64,000 nt of DNA from an uncultured Candidatus Saccharibacteria bacterium (GCA_964362865.1 CAYIGD010000002.1:4253-68252), one strand, 5' to 3'; numbered from the stretch's first letter, positions 27,305 through 40,722 are shown. The notes: generated by a model not told the origin, from the letters alone. Numbers and translations are program-made.

Positions 27305-27978
27305 AGCGTTTTCCTCTTGAGCGCAAGGCGCTTCTCAAGTTGAGGGAGGGCGTTTTTAGTAATTACGACCCAGTTATGCGTGAGGACATCCAAGGCGTTC
27401 ACTTCGGCAACCGTGCGGCATGTAGTGAAAGCTAGATTCCGGGTTGCCCTCAGCATCATTGGGTCTGGTGTAATATCAATAAAAAGGATTGAGCCCTCAT
27501 CAATCGGCAAACTTGCAAGTGCCGCAAGGGCTTCTTTTGTTCGAGGTGCGTTCAATGTTAGTGCGTTTACGACAATCACTTTTTTTTCTTTCGTGTGATC
27601 CGTTAATGCGCCGATAAGCGCTCTGCGACGCAGCGTCGGCGAAATCTTTTGCGCATCAGCGGAATTTGTACGCGGCCCAAATGTGATCCCGCCACCTTTC
27701 CAAAGTGGAGAGCGAATCGAGCCGGCACGGGCTCGTCCGGTTCCTTTTTGACGCCATGGTTTTCGCCCTCCGCCTGAAACCTCGGCGCGCGTTTTAGTAT
27801 GGGCGGTGTTCTGCTTGAGACGGGCTCCATACATTACGACCACCTGTTTGGTTAATTCCGGGTTGGCCGAAGCGTGAAACACAGTTTTAGGTAACGTTTC
27901 CGCGCCTAATTTCACAAGCGTAAACGCGCTGCGTGTTCCGGTACTACTCATCGCTTCCTCGTGCGGGTTCGATCTCAA
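27301..27978 (-). CDS. rplD: 50S ribosomal protein L4
   Basis: GGGRKPWRQKGTGRARAGSIRSPLWKGGG matches L4. Confidence 0.9.
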   Translation of the reverse strand: MRSNPHEEAMSSTGTRSAFTLVKLGAETLPKTVFHASANPELTKQVVVMYGARLKQNTAHTKTRAEVSGGGRKPWRQKGTGRARAGSIRSPLWKGGGITFGPRTNSADAQKISPTLRRRALIGALTDHTKEKKVIVVNALTLNAPRTKEALAALASLPIDEGSILFIDITPDPMMLRATRNLAFTTCRTVAEVNALDVLTHNWVVITKNALPQLEKRLALKRKTL

Positions 27979-28570
27979 GCGTTATCCATGTGCCGCGTGG
28001 ACCCGGAAGAGGGCCTTTAAGCAAAATCGTCGGAGGATTCGTAGTATCTTGTACGGCGATAACTTCGCGTTCGTGGAGCGTAATCTGCGTATGGCCGAGG
28101 TGGCCGGGAAGGCGTCGTCCGCGCACAACGCGTTGTGGGAACGCGGAACCGATCGAGCCCGGAGCGCGATGATGATCCGATCCATGCGTTTGGGGCCCTC
28201 GGTGAAAACCGTGCCGTTTGATAACCCCGGCAAAACCCTTCCCTTTTGAGATCCCCTGTATCCTTACCCGGTCGCCTACTTTGAATTGAGTGGGCGTAAG
28301 TTTAGTACCGACTTCAAGGAGTGTTTTAATCTTAAATTCTTTAAGAATCCGGGTTTTCGCGCCCGATTTTTTCAGATGACCCCTGAGCGGCTTCGAGTTG
28401 TTTTTTGTATTTCCCGCGCCGATCTGCGCTGCCCGATAGCCATCTTTTTCCAGTGTTTTTACTTGAGTAACCGTATTTTCAGGTACGCTCAAAACAGTCA
28501 CGGGAATTTCTCGTCCCGAGCTCGTAAAGATACGTGTCATGCCAATTTTTTGAACTAGTAAATAACTCAT
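27944..28570 (-). CDS. rplC: 50S ribosomal protein L3
   Basis: KIGMTRIF...GKGFAGVIKRHGF.GPQTHGS matches L3. Start placed at the internal MSYLLVQK. Confidence 0.9.
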   Translation of the reverse strand: MSYLLVQKIGMTRIFTSSGREIPVTVLSVPENTVTQVKTLEKDGYRAAQIGAGNTKNNSKPLRGHLKKSGAKTRILKEFKIKTLLEVGTKLTPTQFKVGDRVRIQGISKGKGFAGVIKRHGFHRGPQTHGSDHHRAPGSIGSAFPQRVVRGRRLPGHLGHTQITLHEREVIAVQDTTNPPTILLKGPLPGPRGTWITLEIEPARGSDE

Positions 28571-28694
28571 ATACTCCAGTACTAAAACGTGTCCGGAACC
28601 ATCCCTCCGCCAGCTGGCGGATACTCGGGACGTTTTCCTGACCTCTGGAGTTAATATAGCTGATATTCCATTCGTGGTCAATATGCGTAAAACC

Positions 28695-28724
28695 GATCAA
28701 CTCCGGCTCAGTCCGGAGTTGATC
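28695..28724 (-). other. Perfect 12-bp inverted repeat (hairpin) in the rpsJ-rplC intergenic region
   Basis: GATCAACTCCGG-ctcagt-CCGGAGTTGATC. On the transcribed (minus) strand it is followed by GGTTTTAC, a weak T-tract. Confidence 0.4.
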
Positions 28725-28771
28725 AAACGACGTAAAGCAAGAGCAGTAGTCCCGCTACAGTTGCAACTGTT

Positions 28772-29095
28772 TTAGGTCTTAATTTCGATATCCACGCCAG
28801 CAGGCAGGTCTAAACTCATGAGGGAGTCGATCGTTTTAGCGGAGGGTTCCACTATGTCAATCAGGCGTTTGTGGATCCGCATTTCAAACTGCTCCCGCGC
28901 GTCTTTATGCACAAACGTCGAGCGATTCACAGTAAATAACTTCCGTTCTGACGGAAGCGGGACCGGCCCGATTACTTTTGCCCCGGTCCGTTCGGCGGTT
29001 TCAATGATTTTTTTCGCAGATCGGTCAATAATACGGTAATCATAGGCGCGTAAACGGACTCTGATTCGTTGTGTTGATTTTTCTGTAGTTGCCAC
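28772..29095 (-). CDS. rpsJ: 30S ribosomal protein S10
   Basis: [38 protein letters not shown] matches S10. Confidence 0.95.
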   Translation of the reverse strand: MATTEKSTQRIRVRLRAYDYRIIDRSAKKIIETAERTGAKVIGPVPLPSERKLFTVNRSTFVHKDAREQFEMRIHKRLIDIVEPSAKTIDSLMSLDLPAGVDIEIKT

Positions 29096-29144
29096 GCTCT
29101 TTGGATTTCCTAAGGTGCGAATACGCAGTTCGCCAGTTGGCGGA

Positions 29145-30329
29145 TTACTTGTTGATCTTTGTTACGACTCCCGCGCCGACAGTTCGACCACCTTCACGAA
29201 TTGCGAAGCGCAGGCCATCTTCCATTGCAATCGGAACAATCAGTTTGACTTTGAAGCTGATCGTATCTCCCGGAACTACCATTTCGGTACCTTCCGGCAG
29301 TTCGACTTCGCCTGTTACGTCCGTTGTCCGAAAATAAAACTGGGGTTTGTAGCCTTTAAAAAAGGGAGTATGCCGTCCACCTTCGTCTTTGGTAAGGATA
29401 TACACCTCGGATTCAAATTCTGTGTGCGGGGTAGCGGTACCGGGTTTGGCAAGCACTTGTCCGCGTTCGATATCAGTGCGCTCGATACCGCGCAGTAACA
29501 CGCCCACATTATCGCCGGCTTGACCTTGGTCAAGCAGCTTCTTGAACATTTCCACGCCGGTTACGACGCTCTTTTTAGTGGGGCGGATTCCAACAATTTC
29601 GATTTCTTCGTTGACCTTTACGATCCCTCGCTCGATTCTTCCGGTTGCAACCGTTCCGCGCCCTTTGATTGAAAAGACGTCTTCAACCGGCATTAGAAAC
29701 GGCTTGTCAGTTTCCCGCGTCGGTTCGGGAATGTACGCATCCAAGGCGTCGATCAACTCCAGGATGGATTTTTCCGCTTCTGGGTCGCCTTCCAGTGCCT
29801 TGAGGGCAGAACCCTTAATCACGGGCACTTCATCGCCCGGGAATTTATATTTTGTGAGCAATTCGCGCACTTCGACTTCAACGAGGTCCAGGAGCTCTTT
29901 GTCGGTGACTTGATCAATTTTATTGAGATATACGACCATTCGCGGTACGCCTACTTGGCGGGCCAAAAGAATGTGTTCGCGGGTCTGGGGCATGGGGCCG
30001 TCGGCAGCAGACACAACCAAGATCGCCGCGTCCATCTGGGCCGCGCCGGTAATCATGTTTTTGACGTAATCAGCGTGTCCAGGGCAGTCAACGTGCGCAT
30101 AGTGGCGCTTTTCGGATTCGTACTCCTGATGCGAGGTGGCAATCGTAATCCCCCGCGCGCGCTCTTCAGGCGCATTATCAATCTCTTCGTACTTCTTTTC
30201 TTTTGCTAAACCCTTTTTTGCGAGCACTTTCGTAATTGCCGAGGTTAGGGTCGTTTTTCCGTGGTCAACGTGCCCGATTGTTCCGACATTGATGTGCGGC
30301 TTGGTTCTCTCAAATTTTCCTTCTGCCAT
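29145..30329 (-). CDS. tuf: Elongation factor Tu
   Basis: [19 protein letters not shown] and NKID. Confidence 0.98.
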   Translation of the reverse strand: MAEGKFERTKPHINVGTIGHVDHGKTTLTSAITKVLAKKGLAKEKKYEEIDNAPEERARGITIATSHQEYESEKRHYAHVDCPGHADYVKNMITGAAQMDAAILVVSAADGPMPQTREHILLARQVGVPRMVVYLNKIDQVTDKELLDLVEVEVRELLTKYKFPGDEVPVIKGSALKALEGDPEAEKSILELIDALDAYIPEPTRETDKPFLMPVEDVFSIKGRGTVATGRIERGIVKVNEEIEIVGIRPTKKSVVTGVEMFKKLLDQGQAGDNVGVLLRGIERTDIERGQVLAKPGTATPHTEFESEVYILTKDEGGRHTPFFKGYKPQFYFRTTDVTGEVELPEGTEMVVPGDTISFKVKLIVPIAMEDGLRFAIREGGRTVGAGVVTKINK

Positions 30330-30423
30330 CGATTACTCCTTTCACTGTAAATAGTGTTTCAGGCCACCTTAAACTTCCCCCAAAAACAATGCGTTTTTAT
30401 TATATGGGTGCATTCGGGTTCCG

Positions 30424-32508
30424 TCAAGCGGTTTTCGGGCTGCGGCGTTGGATAATTGATTGCGCTACACTTGTTGGAACAGGTTCATAGTGGTCGAATT
30501 CCATTGTGTAAGATGCCCTTCCGGTCGTCATGCCGCGCACTGTAGTCGCATATCCGAACATCTGCCCCAGTGGAACTAAAGCTTCAATCGTTTTAATTCC
30601 TACCCGTTCGCCGGTTGCAAGAATTTGTCCGCGTTTCGAATTCAAATCCCCGACCACATCACCGAAAAACGATTCAGGAGTAAGGACTTCGACTTTCATA
30701 ATCGGCTCCAGCAGAACCGGCGTGCCGGATTTAAAACCGTCTTGAAGGGCCATCGAGCCCGCAATCTGGAAAGCCATTTCAGATGAGTCTACGTCATGGT
30801 ACGTGCCATCGTATAAGGTAACTTGTATGTCGACAATCGGGTAATGAGCGATTACGCCGCGGTCCAAAGCCCCCCGGATACCTTTTTCGACAGCGGGTAT
30901 AAACTCGCGCGGAATTGCGCCACCGACAATTTTATTGACGAATTCAAAGCCTTGACCGCGTTCACGAGGTTCCAGCTTGAGAAAGACGTGTCCATATTGC
31001 CCACGGCCTCCGGTTTGTCGAATATATTTCCCTTCAGCTTTCGAAGGCTTCGTAATTGTTTCCTTGTACGCCACTTCCGGCGCGCCGACGTTCGCTGCCA
31101 CATTGAACTCGCGTTTCATGCGGTCCACCAGTACCTCGAGGTGTAATTCCCCCATCCCCGCGATGATTGTTTGAAGCGTTTCTTCGTTGGTGGTAATACG
31201 AAACGTCGGGTCTTCTTCAGCCAGTTTTTGCAGGGCGATCCCCATTTTCTCTTGATCTGCTTTCGTTTTCGGTTCAATCGCAACTGAAATCACCGGGTCA
31301 GGGAATTGAATCGATTCCAAGATGGCTGGACGCAAAGGATCGCAGATCGTTTGGCCGGTCATTACGTTTTTAAGGCCGACTACGGCCGCGATCTCACCCG
31401 CAAAAACTTCCTTTAATTCCTCTCGATGGTTGGCATGCAGACGCACAATCCGTCCCACACGTTCCTTCGAGTTACTCGAGGCATTCAGAATATAGGAGCC
31501 TGCTACAAGTTTTCCCGAATAGGCCCGAAAAAACGCAAGCCGCCCGACAAACGGGTCGGTTGCAATCTTAAACACAAGCGCTAAGAACGGTTCGTCGTCG
31601 TCGGTTTTGATTGCGATTAGCTCATCGGTGTTTGGCGCTTTTGCATGAATCGCCGGCACGTCTAGTGGAGAAGGAAGATAATCGACAACGCCGTCAAGCA
31701 GCTTTTGTACACCCGTATTTTTTAGGGCTGAACCACACAAGACCGGGACAATTTTATACTCAATCGTTGCGCTGCGCAGAGCGGATTTGAGCTGTTCAGC
31801 AGAAGGGTGTGTGCCTTCAAGGTATGCGTGCAGCAGCGTGTCGTCAGTCTCAACAATCTTTTCTACCAGTTCGGTGCGGACCGCACGCACCTCTGCCTTC
31901 ATCTCAGATGGTATTTCGATTTCTAAAACGTCTTCCCCTAATTTTCCACCCCAAGCAAAAGCTTTCTCTCGAATGAGGTCCACTAAACCATGAAAATTTG
32001 CTTCCGTACCGATTGGCAATTGGACTCTGACGGCGTGGGGACCAAGGCGCTCTTTAATCGAAGCGTATGCCTTATTAAAGTCCGCTCCCATGCGATCGAG
32101 CTTATTAATAAAGCAAATCCGGGGAACTTTGTATTTATCGGCTTGACGCCACACTGTTTCAGATTGGGGTTCGACACCAGCCACACCGTCGAAAACAACT
32201 ACGCCCCCATCTAATACCCTCAGGGATCGCTCAACTTCGACGGTGAAGTCTACGTGCCCGGGAGTATCAATAATGTTGATGCGGGTCTTATTCCAAAAGC
32301 AGGTGGTAGCGGCAGCGGTAATCGTAATGCCACGCTCCCGTTCCTGCTCCATCCAGTCCATCACGGCTTCGCCCTCGTGCACCTCACCGATTTTGTGTGT
32401 TTTGCCGGTATAGTACAGTACCCGTTCCGTGACAGTGGTTTTACCGGCGTCAATATGGGCAATAATGCCAATATTACGGGTGTTCTCAAGAGAGTATTCG
32501 CGGGGCAT
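30424..32508 (-). CDS. fusA: Elongation factor G
   Basis: [22 protein letters not shown] and domains II-V. Start placed at MPREYSLE (32508), immediately after the rpsG stop. Confidence 0.97.
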   Translation of the reverse strand: MPREYSLENTRNIGIIAHIDAGKTTVTERVLYYTGKTHKIGEVHEGEAVMDWMEQERERGITITAAATTCFWNKTRINIIDTPGHVDFTVEVERSLRVLDGGVVVFDGVAGVEPQSETVWRQADKYKVPRICFINKLDRMGADFNKAYASIKERLGPHAVRVQLPIGTEANFHGLVDLIREKAFAWGGKLGEDVLEIEIPSEMKAEVRAVRTELVEKIVETDDTLLHAYLEGTHPSAEQLKSALRSATIEYKIVPVLCGSALKNTGVQKLLDGVVDYLPSPLDVPAIHAKAPNTDELIAIKTDDDEPFLALVFKIATDPFVGRLAFFRAYSGKLVAGSYILNASSNSKERVGRIVRLHANHREELKEVFAGEIAAVVGLKNVMTGQTICDPLRPAILESIQFPDPVISVAIEPKTKADQEKMGIALQKLAEEDPTFRITTNEETLQTIIAGMGELHLEVLVDRMKREFNVAANVGAPEVAYKETITKPSKAEGKYIRQTGGRGQYGHVFLKLEPRERGQGFEFVNKIVGGAIPREFIPAVEKGIRGALDRGVIAHYPIVDIQVTLYDGTYHDVDSSEMAFQIAGSMALQDGFKSGTPVLLEPIMKVEVLTPESFFGDVVGDLNSKRGQILATGERVGIKTIEALVPLGQMFGYATTVRGMTTGRASYTMEFDHYEPVPTSVAQSIIQRRSPKTA

Positions 32509-32509
32509 C

Positions 32510-32980
32510 TTACATTCGGGCAAAATGGGCAAAGGCGCGGTTTGCTTCTGCCATTTTATGCATTGTGTCGCGGCGTTTAACTGCCGTACCGGTATTGTTG
32601 TAGGCGTCCATGAGTTCAGAGGCTAAACGGATAGCCATTGTTTGGGATTTTCGCGCACGCGCGCTATCCAATATCCAGCGCAGCGCTAAAGCCTGCTTGC
32701 GGTTTGGCCGGACTTCAACCGGTACTTGATACGTTGCTCCACCGATCCGTTTGCTGCGGACTTCTAACACAGGGCCGATGTTTTGGACTGCTCGTTCAAA
32801 AACCGTGAGGGGGTCGGTTTTCAGTTTCGCCGCCGCCTCTTCAAGGGCGGAATACACAATTGAGCGCGCAGTCATTTTCTGCCCTGAGAGCATTGTTTTA
32901 TTAATCAACTGTTCGATTTGGATCGAATGATATTTTTGATCGGGCTTAATTGCACGGCGATTGGTTGCTGGTCGTCGCAT
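32510..32980 (-). CDS. rpsG: 30S ribosomal protein S7
   Basis: S7 fold with a C-terminal tail ending [11 protein letters not shown]. Confidence 0.95.
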   Translation of the reverse strand: MRRPATNRRAIKPDQKYHSIQIEQLINKTMLSGQKMTARSIVYSALEEAAAKLKTDPLTVFERAVQNIGPVLEVRSKRIGGATYQVPVEVRPNRKQALALRWILDSARARKSQTMAIRLASELMDAYNNTGTAVKRRDTMHKMAEANRAFAHFARM

Positions 32981-32982
32981 AA

Positions 32983-33396
32983 TTACGCTCGCTTGGCGCC
33001 GTACAGGGAACGACCCTGTTTGCGATCTTTTACGCCTTCTGTATCGAGTTTACCGCGTACAATGTGGTAGCGCACACCCGGAAGGTCCTTGACCCTACCA
33101 CCGCGAATCAGCACCACAGAGTGCTCTTGTAAGTTATGCCCAACACCTGGAATGTAGGCCGTGACTTCAGTGCCGGATGTTAAACGTACCTTGGCGATTT
33201 TGCGTAACGCCGAGTTTGGTTTTTTGGGCGTAATCGTGGTTACCTTGATGCATACTCCCCGCTTGAGGGGCGCACCAATCCTGTTCCAAGTAGACCGGTT
33301 TTTCATAAAATTCATCCCACGCTTAAGAGCGGGCGTCGCCGGGGCTGCGACGATCCGTTTTCGTCCCTTACGAATTAACTGTGCAATGGTTGGCAT
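32983..33396 (-). CDS. rpsL: 30S ribosomal protein S12
   Basis: [12 protein letters not shown]...[19 protein letters not shown]. The start shares 1 nt with the rpoC stop. Confidence 0.95.
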   Translation of the reverse strand: MPTIAQLIRKGRKRIVAAPATPALKRGMNFMKNRSTWNRIGAPLKRGVCIKVTTITPKKPNSALRKIAKVRLTSGTEVTAYIPGVGHNLQEHSVVLIRGGRVKDLPGVRYHIVRGKLDTEGVKDRKQGRSLYGAKRA

Positions 33397-36300
33397 CAGC
33401 GTGTTCCGTGGATCGCTTTTTTACGAGCACTGCTCGGGTCAAAACCGGTACCCGCGGGAATTAATTTTCCAATAATCACATTTTCCTTCATTCCGTTGAG
33501 GTGGTCAACCGCCCCCCGTGCGGCGGCCTCAATCAACACTCCTGTGGTTTCTTGGAAGCTCGCGGCGGAAAGGAAACTCTGGGTTTTTAAAGAAACGCGC
33601 GTAATGCCCATCACGACGTCTTCAACTTGCACAAGCCGGCGCCCCTTTTTTGTAAGCTCTGCGTTGACAATCCCGGCATGCAGACTGTCAATAATTTGCC
33701 CAGGTAGAAACTCGGAATCGCCTTCGTCGGTCACGCGCACTTTTGAAAACATTTGACGTACGATCATCTCAATGTGTTTCGGGTTGATTGTTTGCCCCTG
33801 GGAAGAATAAATCGAAAGCACGTCATTGATGATATAGGCTTGCGTCGCAACTCGACCGCGGAACTTGAGTGATTCCCCGAGGTCAAAGTGACCATCAGTT
33901 AATTGCTGCCCGATGCCAACGACGTCGCCGTCTTTGACAAGCACAGTTTCGTTTGCCCTGAGCGGGAAACTGATTGACGTAAATTCCGAAGAAATAACCT
34001 TTATCTGGCGTTCTTTCACACGAACTGTCCCGGGAATTTTGGTTCGGATTGCCTTGGCGTCTTTGGCATTGCCCAGTATTTGCTTGGCTACAACCGGCGC
34101 GCCGTTTTTGACGGTTATTTCGTAGCCTTCGGGGATTTCATATACTTCTTCCATTTTTTGGTTCGTGACGATTTGGAGTGTTCGACGTCCTTTTTCGGTA
34201 AAGATTTTAACCGTTCCGGCGATTTGCGCGAGTGTCGCCGGATTCTGTGGGGTACGCGCTTCGAATAATTCCTCGACCCTCGGCAGACCACTCGTGATGT
34301 CTTCGCCGACGACACCGCCCGAGTGGAACGTTTTCATCGTCAACTGCGTACCTGGTTCGCCGATCGCTTGCGCAGCCATAATTCCGACTGCTTCACCGTG
34401 CTTTACCATCTCTCCTGTGGCCAAATCGCGCCCATAACAATTTTGGCAGACGCCCCACCGGGCTTGGCAATAGAGGATCGAACGCACGATTACATCAAAG
34501 GGCTCGTTCGTGTTCAGCTGCCGTAGGCGTTCTTCTGAAATCAAAGTGTTAGCGGGGACGATCGTTTTACGAGCGAGCATTATCGGTTTGACCGTGACTC
34601 GGTCAATAAGGTGACGGAAATGCTTCGGATCAGCATGGAACCGAAGCCCCTCTTTTGTTCCACAATCCTCTAGGGCAACGACCATATCCTGCGAGACGTC
34701 CACAAGGCGGCGCGTAAGATATCCCGCATCTGAGGTTCGAAGCGATGTATCAGATTTTCCCTTGCGCGCTCCATGGGTGGAAATAAAGTATTCAAACACG
34801 CTCAATCCTTCGCGATAGTTGGATTTAATTGGTAATTCAATGATCTCTCCGGCAGGGTTTACCACGAGGCCTTTCATACCGCCGAGCTGCGTGACCTGGG
34901 TTACGGAGCCACGGGCACCGGACAACATCATGACGTTTACCGGGTTATGCAAGTTAAACAGAGCAAGCATTTCTTTTTCGATTTTCGCCCGAGCACTTGT
35001 CCATTGTTCGATGATTTTCAGGCGACGCTCATGATTGGTAATCAGTCCGCGGCGATATTGCATTTCGATTTCTTCTACGAGTAGATCGGTTGCCTTGATG
35101 ATCTCGCTTTTTTTGGCTGGAACATTGATATCTGAAATCGAAATCGTCATTCCTGAGAGAGTCGCGTGTCGGAAGCCGACCTTTTTAATCTCATCACTGA
35201 CAGTGGTTGTGGCTTCGGCGCCTTCTGTTTTGAAAATGTGTTCTACCAGCTCACGCAACGACTTCGAATCCATAGCATAGTTTCGAAAACGTGCAGATTT
35301 CGGCAGAATTGCATTCAAGATAATGCGCCCGATACTCGTTTCGACTAAATCACCTGCTTTTACTTCTGGGTCGGGAGAATTTTCTTTGGTGATAAAGCCA
35401 TCCTCTAGTCGAACCTTAATTGACGCCCGTACATGTAGTTGCCCATTTTGATAGGCAAGCATTGCCTCATCACTGGAAGCAAAAGTTCTGCCGTTACCTT
35501 TGACACCGTCTTCGATCGTCGTGAGGTAATAGCAGCCAAAGACAATGTCCAAACGTGGGGTAATCACAGGTTCACCGGAGGCGGGTTTTAATACGTTTTT
35601 AGTGGAAAGCATGATGTCGCGCGCTTCTATATGTGCCTGCTTGGAAAGCGGGACATGTACTGCCATCTGGTCTCCGTCAAAGTCGGCGTTAAAAGCGTAA
35701 CAAACCAGAGGATGCAGCTGGATTGCTTTTCCTTCGATCAATACTGGTTGAAAGGCCTGGATTCCCAACCGGTGTAAGGTTGGGGCGCGGTTCAAGAGTA
35801 CGTATTGTTCGGAAGTGATCCGTTCAAGAATATCCCATACTTCTGGTGTGGCACGCTCGATCAGGCGCGTAGCGTTTTTAACGTTGTGGACATACCCTTC
35901 GGAAATCATTTTAGAGATGACAAACGGTTTGAATAGTTCAAGCGCCATGCCCTTGGGTAATCCGCACTGGTGCAATTTAAGGTTCGGGCCGACTACAATC
36001 ACCGAGCGTCCGGAATAGTCAACGCGTTTTCCTAAAAGGTTTTGACGGAATCGGCCTTGTTTACCGCGTAGCATGTCCGAAAGTGAACGCAGTTTGCGCT
36101 GAGCAGCTGTTGTCGAGACTGCTTTGCCCCGGCGTACACTGTTATCAATTAGGGCATCTACTGCCTCCTGCAACATACGTTTTTCATTGCGGCAAATGAC
36201 ATCTGGTGCGCCCAGAGAAATCAGTTTCTTCAAGCGATTATTGCGGTTGATGACACGTCGGTAAAGGTCGTTCAGGTCGGAGGCGGCAAATCGCCCTCCG

Positions 36301-37214
36301 TCTAGTTGGACCATTGGCCGCAGATCCGGGGGGATCACTGGCAGGCGCGTCGTAATCAGCCATTTCGGATCGATTTTTGCCTTTAGCATATCCTTAAGGA
36401 CCCGGATACGTTTCAAGATCCGGCGGCGCTGGCTTCCTTGGGAGTTCTCGACTTCCTTTTCCAAATTGCGCACGACCTCAACAAAATCTATATCTTTAAG
36501 GAGTTGATGGAAGGCCTCTGCCCCGATCCCGACCTTGATAATTGAGCCGTACTTCAAACTGATTTCATGGTAGCGCTGCTCAGTAATGATTTTATATTTA
36601 GCAAGCGAAGTGATCTCATTTTTTGTAGTTCGGTACATCCCTTCGAGCTCGGTGAGAGGAGTTGATTGTTTAAGGTCGGGTTTTGCAGTTGCGTGGTTGT
36701 TTTTTAATCTGCCGCGCAGTTCGCGATATTCATTTTCCAACTGGCTCAGCGCCTCGGTGCGGATTGTCTCGTCTACTGCCAGAACGATAAATCCGGCAAA
36801 GTAAATCACTTTCTCCAGATCATTAACCGAAAGATTGAGCGCTAGACCAAGAATAGACGGTACGCTACGTACAAACCATACATGAGCAACAGGGACGGCA
36901 AGCTCAATGTGTCCCATACGTTCTCGGCGTACGGCCGCTCGAGTTACTTCGACGCCGCATTTATCACAGATGACACCTTTGTAACGAATTTTTTTATATT
37001 TACCGCAATAACACTCCCAGTCTTTAATCGGTCCGAAGATGCGTTCGTCAAACAGGCCGTCGCGTTCTGGTTTTTGTGTGCGGTAGTTAATTGTTTCCGG
37101 CTTTGTGACTTCGCCGTAAGACCAGTTATACACATCTTCGGGGGACGCAATCGAAATTCGTATCGCGTTGAAATCAGCAACACGCGTGTCCTGGCGGGTC
37201 AGAGTTTCTTGCAT
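33396..37214 (-). CDS. rpoC: DNA-directed RNA polymerase beta' subunit
   Basis: 1272 aa. The catalytic [12 protein letters not shown] motif is present as [19 protein letters not shown], and a zinc-binding N-terminus is present. Confidence 0.98.
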   Translation of the reverse strand: MQETLTRQDTRVADFNAIRISIASPEDVYNWSYGEVTKPETINYRTQKPERDGLFDERIFGPIKDWECYCGKYKKIRYKGVICDKCGVEVTRAAVRRERMGHIELAVPVAHVWFVRSVPSILGLALNLSVNDLEKVIYFAGFIVLAVDETIRTEALSQLENEYRELRGRLKNNHATAKPDLKQSTPLTELEGMYRTTKNEITSLAKYKIITEQRYHEISLKYGSIIKVGIGAEAFHQLLKDIDFVEVVRNLEKEVENSQGSQRRRILKRIRVLKDMLKAKIDPKWLITTRLPVIPPDLRPMVQLDGGRFAASDLNDLYRRVINRNNRLKKLISLGAPDVICRNEKRMLQEAVDALIDNSVRRGKAVSTTAAQRKLRSLSDMLRGKQGRFRQNLLGKRVDYSGRSVIVVGPNLKLHQCGLPKGMALELFKPFVISKMISEGYVHNVKNATRLIERATPEVWDILERITSEQYVLLNRAPTLHRLGIQAFQPVLIEGKAIQLHPLVCYAFNADFDGDQMAVHVPLSKQAHIEARDIMLSTKNVLKPASGEPVITPRLDIVFGCYYLTTIEDGVKGNGRTFASSDEAMLAYQNGQLHVRASIKVRLEDGFITKENSPDPEVKAGDLVETSIGRIILNAILPKSARFRNYAMDSKSLRELVEHIFKTEGAEATTTVSDEIKKVGFRHATLSGMTISISDINVPAKKSEIIKATDLLVEEIEMQYRRGLITNHERRLKIIEQWTSARAKIEKEMLALFNLHNPVNVMMLSGARGSVTQVTQLGGMKGLVVNPAGEIIELPIKSNYREGLSVFEYFISTHGARKGKSDTSLRTSDAGYLTRRLVDVSQDMVVALEDCGTKEGLRFHADPKHFRHLIDRVTVKPIMLARKTIVPANTLISEERLRQLNTNEPFDVIVRSILYCQARWGVCQNCYGRDLATGEMVKHGEAVGIMAAQAIGEPGTQLTMKTFHSGGVVGEDITSGLPRVEELFEARTPQNPATLAQIAGTVKIFTEKGRRTLQIVTNQKMEEVYEIPEGYEITVKNGAPVVAKQILGNAKDAKAIRTKIPGTVRVKERQIKVISSEFTSISFPLRANETVLVKDGDVVGIGQQLTDGHFDLGESLKFRGRVATQAYIINDVLSIYSSQGQTINPKHIEMIVRQMFSKVRVTDEGDSEFLPGQIIDSLHAGIVNAELTKKGRRLVQVEDVVMGITRVSLKTQSFLSAASFQETTGVLIEAAARGAVDHLNGMKENVIIGKLIPAGTGFDPSSARKKAIHGTR

Positions 37215-40200
37215 TATGCCTCCTCCACCGGTTCGGATACCGGTTCTGGTTCGTCAAGTTTCAACTCGGTTAGTTCCCGGTCTAACGTTTCTTCCTGGTC
37301 CTCCTCATGTTCCGGTGTCGCTCGTGCAGACGCCCGGACGGCTTTGGGCTTCTCTTCTGCTCCAATTTTGGTTGAACCCTGCTGGGAAAGGAGCTCGATG
37401 TTCAACCCTAAACTTTGCAATTCGCGGGTTAAGACGAAGAACGAGGCTGGGACGGAAGGCTTCTGGATTTCCTCGCCCCGGATAATTGCCTCATACGCTT
37501 TACTGCGTCCGATGACATCATCTGATTTCAGGGTGAGCATTTCCTGCAGCGAATGAGCTGCCCCATATGCTTCAAGTGCCCAGACTTCCATCTCGCCAAA
37601 GCGTTGGCCGCCGAACTGCGCCTTGCCTCCCAAAGGTTGCTGGGTTACCATAGAATATGGTCCGGTGGAGCGGGCATGCATTTTGTCGTCCACTAAATGG
37701 TTCAATTTCATCATGTAAATGATGCCGACCGTTGTCTTTTGGTCAAACGGTTCTCCGGTGCGGCCGTCGCGGAGCTGAATTTTTCCGGTCTCGGGCAGAC
37801 CCGCTTTTTTGAGCTCGGCTTCGATCTGATTCACGCTCACGCCTTCAAAAACCGGAGTCGCAACCTTGTAATTAAGCGCTTGCGCGGCCCATCCTAAATG
37901 GGTTTCGAGGATCTGCCCGAGGTTCATGCGAGAGACGACTCCCAAAGGGTTCAATACGATATCAACGGGGGTACCATCTGGCAAATATGGCATCTCTTCC
38001 TCGGGGAGGATCACTGAAATCACACCTTTATTCCCGTGACGGCCGGCGAGTTTATCCCCCACTGAAATTTTTCTCAGTTGTGCAACTGAGATTTGAATCA
38101 TTTGATACACACCGGAAGAGAGCTCGTCCCCCTGGTCTTTCGAGAAGAGTTTGATGCCGACGACTTTTCCCCGTTCCCCGTGCGGCAATCGCAGCGACGT
38201 GTCTTTGACGTCCTTTGCTTTTTCGCCGAAAATTGCCCGCAGCAGCTTCTCTTCGGCGGACAACTCGGACTCTCCTTTCGGAGAGATTTTACCGACCAAG
38301 ATGTCGCCCGCGGATATTTCTGCGCCGATTCGAATCACACCCACCTCATCAAGGTTTGCAAGCGCCTCGTCCCCCACGTTTGGAATATCGCGCGTGACGA
38401 TTTCCGGCCCTAACTTCGTGTCCCGTACCTCAATGGAATATTCTTCAATGTGAATTGAGGAGAAGCGGTCATCTTTAACCAAACGCTCGGAGATCGCGAT
38501 TGCGTCTTCGAAGTTGGTACCCCAGAAAGACAAAAACGCAACGAGTACATTTTGCCCCAACGCGAGCTCGCCCCCGTCCACGGAAGCCCCGTCCGCAATT
38601 ACGTCATTCTTTTTTACTTTGTCTCCCACGTAAACGATCGGAGTTTGATTCATGCATGTTGCTTGATTAGAACGGACAAATTTCTCGAGTTTTTGGCGGT
38701 GGATTTTACCGGATTTGTCGCTTAAGTGGATTTCATTGCCATCCACGTAGCGCACTAAACCGTCAAAGGGGGCGACGCATACCTGACCTGAATTTTGAGC
38801 GGCTGTCGCTTCCAGTCCGGTACCCACTAAAGGAGCCGAGGCGCGCACGAGCGGTACTGCTTGGCGTTGCATGTTGGAACCCATCGAGGCGCGGGTGGCG
38901 TCGTCATGCTCGACAAACGGAATGAGTCCGGTTGTAACCGAAACAATTTGGCACGCTGAAACGTCAATATATTGAATCTTTTCTACTTTTTCTTTGGATG
39001 GCTTACCGAACTTTCGCACAACCACCCTTGCTTCAGTGATGTACCCATCCTTATCTACGTGAGTGGAAGCAGGCGCGATAATATAGCGTTCTTCCTCCAT
39101 TGCGTCCATATAGACAATTTTTTTCGTAAGGCGCGGTTTGTGGCCTGGTTTTTGAACGACCTCCAGATATGGTGTTTCTATAAAACCGTATTCATTTACC
39201 TTGCCGTACGTTGCGAGATATCCAACTAATCCAATGTTTGGACCTTCGGGAGTTTCAATCGGGCATACACGACCATAGTGTGAAGCGTGGACATCGCGCA
39301 CTTCAAAGCCGGCTCGCTCGCGGGAAAGGCCACCCGGACCGGTAGAAGAAAGTGTCCGCTTATGCTCCAATTCAGCCAGGGGGTTGGTTTGGTTCATAAA
39401 TTGGGAGAGCTGTGAGGAAGCAAAGAACTCTTGCAGGACTGCCGCAACCGGGCGGGAGTTTACCAGCTGCGCCGCGGTTACTGTTAAGGGGTCTACGACG
39501 CTCATGCGGTCGCGAATAATGCGCTCCATTCTTAAGAATCCAACTCGTAACCGGGCTTGTACAAGTTCCCCAACAGCCCTCACGCGGCGATTGCGTAAAT
39601 GGTCGATATCATCCGGCTGGGCGGTGGGGTCATTATTAAGGCGAATTACCTCTTTCACGATTTCAATGATGTCTTCGAGTCGAAGGATGCGGTCGCGGGC
39701 AGAATCTTTACCGGCAAGATTGAGCCGTTGGTTTAGCTTATAGCGGCCTACCTTACCGAGGTCGTAGCGTTTCGGATTGAAGAAAAGGGCTTCGAGGAAC
39801 GTTTTTGCGGTATCAGCGGTGGTGAGGTCTCCGGGGCGAATACGCTTATAGACTTCCGTGAAGCTTTCCGCGCGTGTTTTTGCGGGATCTTTTAAAAGCG
39901 TTGCCTTGATGTAATCGTGGTCAGCATTGTCGTTGACATCTTTGAAGGTATTGAGAATACTTTCGTCTTTTTCGAGTCCAAGTGATTTTAAAAATGTGGT
40001 AATCGGAATTTTCCGTTTCCGATCAACTTTGACGGAGATGATATCGCGGTTTGAAGTCTCAATTTCGAGCCAAGCGCCACGGGCCGGAATGAGTTTTGCG
40101 CCGAATAACGTTCGCCCAGCAGATTCTTCGCCCGTAAACAGCACTCCATACGAGCGCACAATCTGAGAAACCACGACCCGTTCGACACCGTTAATAATAA

Positions 40201-40549
40201 AGGTCCCGCGGTTCGTCATAACCGGGAAATCACCAAGAAAGATGGCAGATTCTTTTTGCTTCCCGGTTACTTTATTATAAAGAATCGCTTTGCACTTTAA
40301 GGGCGCTTTATAGGTGAGGTTTTTTTCCCGGGCAGTCGTTTCGTCTACGCGGGGCGCTTCAAGGGCATAATCGCCGAATTCAAGACGTAAGTTTTTTCCC
40401 GTAAAATCATCAACTGGAGAGATTTCGTTAATAATCTCTCGAATACCCTCGTCAAAGAGCCATCGGTATGAATCAAGCTGCAGTTGAATAAGGTTGGGAA
40501 AGGAAATGTTCGTTTTCCCTTCTTTCCCTTGAGAGAAGTATTTGCGCAT
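37214..40549 (-). CDS. rpoB: DNA-directed RNA polymerase beta subunit
   Basis: 1111 aa, collinear with bacterial RpoB (rifampicin cluster region [33 protein letters not shown]). Confidence 0.98.
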   Translation of the reverse strand: MRKYFSQGKEGKTNISFPNLIQLQLDSYRWLFDEGIREIINEISPVDDFTGKNLRLEFGDYALEAPRVDETTAREKNLTYKAPLKCKAILYNKVTGKQKESAIFLGDFPVMTNRGTFIINGVERVVVSQIVRSYGVLFTGEESAGRTLFGAKLIPARGAWLEIETSNRDIISVKVDRKRKIPITTFLKSLGLEKDESILNTFKDVNDNADHDYIKATLLKDPAKTRAESFTEVYKRIRPGDLTTADTAKTFLEALFFNPKRYDLGKVGRYKLNQRLNLAGKDSARDRILRLEDIIEIVKEVIRLNNDPTAQPDDIDHLRNRRVRAVGELVQARLRVGFLRMERIIRDRMSVVDPLTVTAAQLVNSRPVAAVLQEFFASSQLSQFMNQTNPLAELEHKRTLSSTGPGGLSRERAGFEVRDVHASHYGRVCPIETPEGPNIGLVGYLATYGKVNEYGFIETPYLEVVQKPGHKPRLTKKIVYMDAMEEERYIIAPASTHVDKDGYITEARVVVRKFGKPSKEKVEKIQYIDVSACQIVSVTTGLIPFVEHDDATRASMGSNMQRQAVPLVRASAPLVGTGLEATAAQNSGQVCVAPFDGLVRYVDGNEIHLSDKSGKIHRQKLEKFVRSNQATCMNQTPIVYVGDKVKKNDVIADGASVDGGELALGQNVLVAFLSFWGTNFEDAIAISERLVKDDRFSSIHIEEYSIEVRDTKLGPEIVTRDIPNVGDEALANLDEVGVIRIGAEISAGDILVGKISPKGESELSAEEKLLRAIFGEKAKDVKDTSLRLPHGERGKVVGIKLFSKDQGDELSSGVYQMIQISVAQLRKISVGDKLAGRHGNKGVISVILPEEEMPYLPDGTPVDIVLNPLGVVSRMNLGQILETHLGWAAQALNYKVATPVFEGVSVNQIEAELKKAGLPETGKIQLRDGRTGEPFDQKTTVGIIYMMKLNHLVDDKMHARSTGPYSMVTQQPLGGKAQFGGQRFGEMEVWALEAYGAAHSLQEMLTLKSDDVIGRSKAYEAIIRGEEIQKPSVPASFFVLTRELQSLGLNIELLSQQGSTKIGAEEKPKAVRASARATPEHEEDQEETLDRELTELKLDEPEPVSEPVEEA

Positions 40550-40672
40550 ATTTTTCTCCTCATGTTAAAATATTCCACACAAGATGGAACTTCAGTTAAG
40601 TACTGCTTTTTAATTCGCTGCGATTTGTATAGCTGACACCTTTGCCTTTGTACTGTCTATAGGATCATTTTT

Positions 40673-40701
40673 ACTCTATCGAACAGTTTTTGATTTGTCA
40701 A
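40673..40701 (-). promoter_or_regulatory. Candidate sigma70-type promoter upstream of rpoB
   Basis: On the minus strand: TTGACA (plus 40696-40701), a 17 nt spacer, then TAGAGT (plus 40673-40678). This lies about 120 nt upstream of the rpoB ATG. Consensus match only. Confidence 0.25.
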
Positions 40702-40722
40702 GTCCTACACCAAATAAGGAAA

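Noticed and set aside
27944-27978. rplD start at 27978 giving a 35-nt overlap with rplC
   Set aside because: I kept this as reported, but the true start may be the internal Met at about 27951. The boundary is uncertain by about 9 codons.
36882-37556. 224 aa plus-strand ORF, and many similar antisense ORFs (e.g. 613..1113, 3502..4017, 41153..41782, 43215..43739, 54863..55366)
   Set aside because: They lie entirely antisense within strongly supported conserved genes (rpoC/rpoB, leuS, obg, cdaR, the sugar transferase, and the large hypothetical). They have low-complexity or Ser/Arg/Pro-rich translations typical of shadow ORFs.
40550-40722. Possible tRNA or small RNA in the 173-nt obg-rpoB gap and in other gaps over 60 nt (5486-5558, 28571-28771, 55801-55909, 61397-61522)
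   Set aside because: There is no cloverleaf-compatible sequence, and no GTTCGA or TTCGAAT T-loop or acceptor-stem pairing. No rRNA-like sequence is present either.
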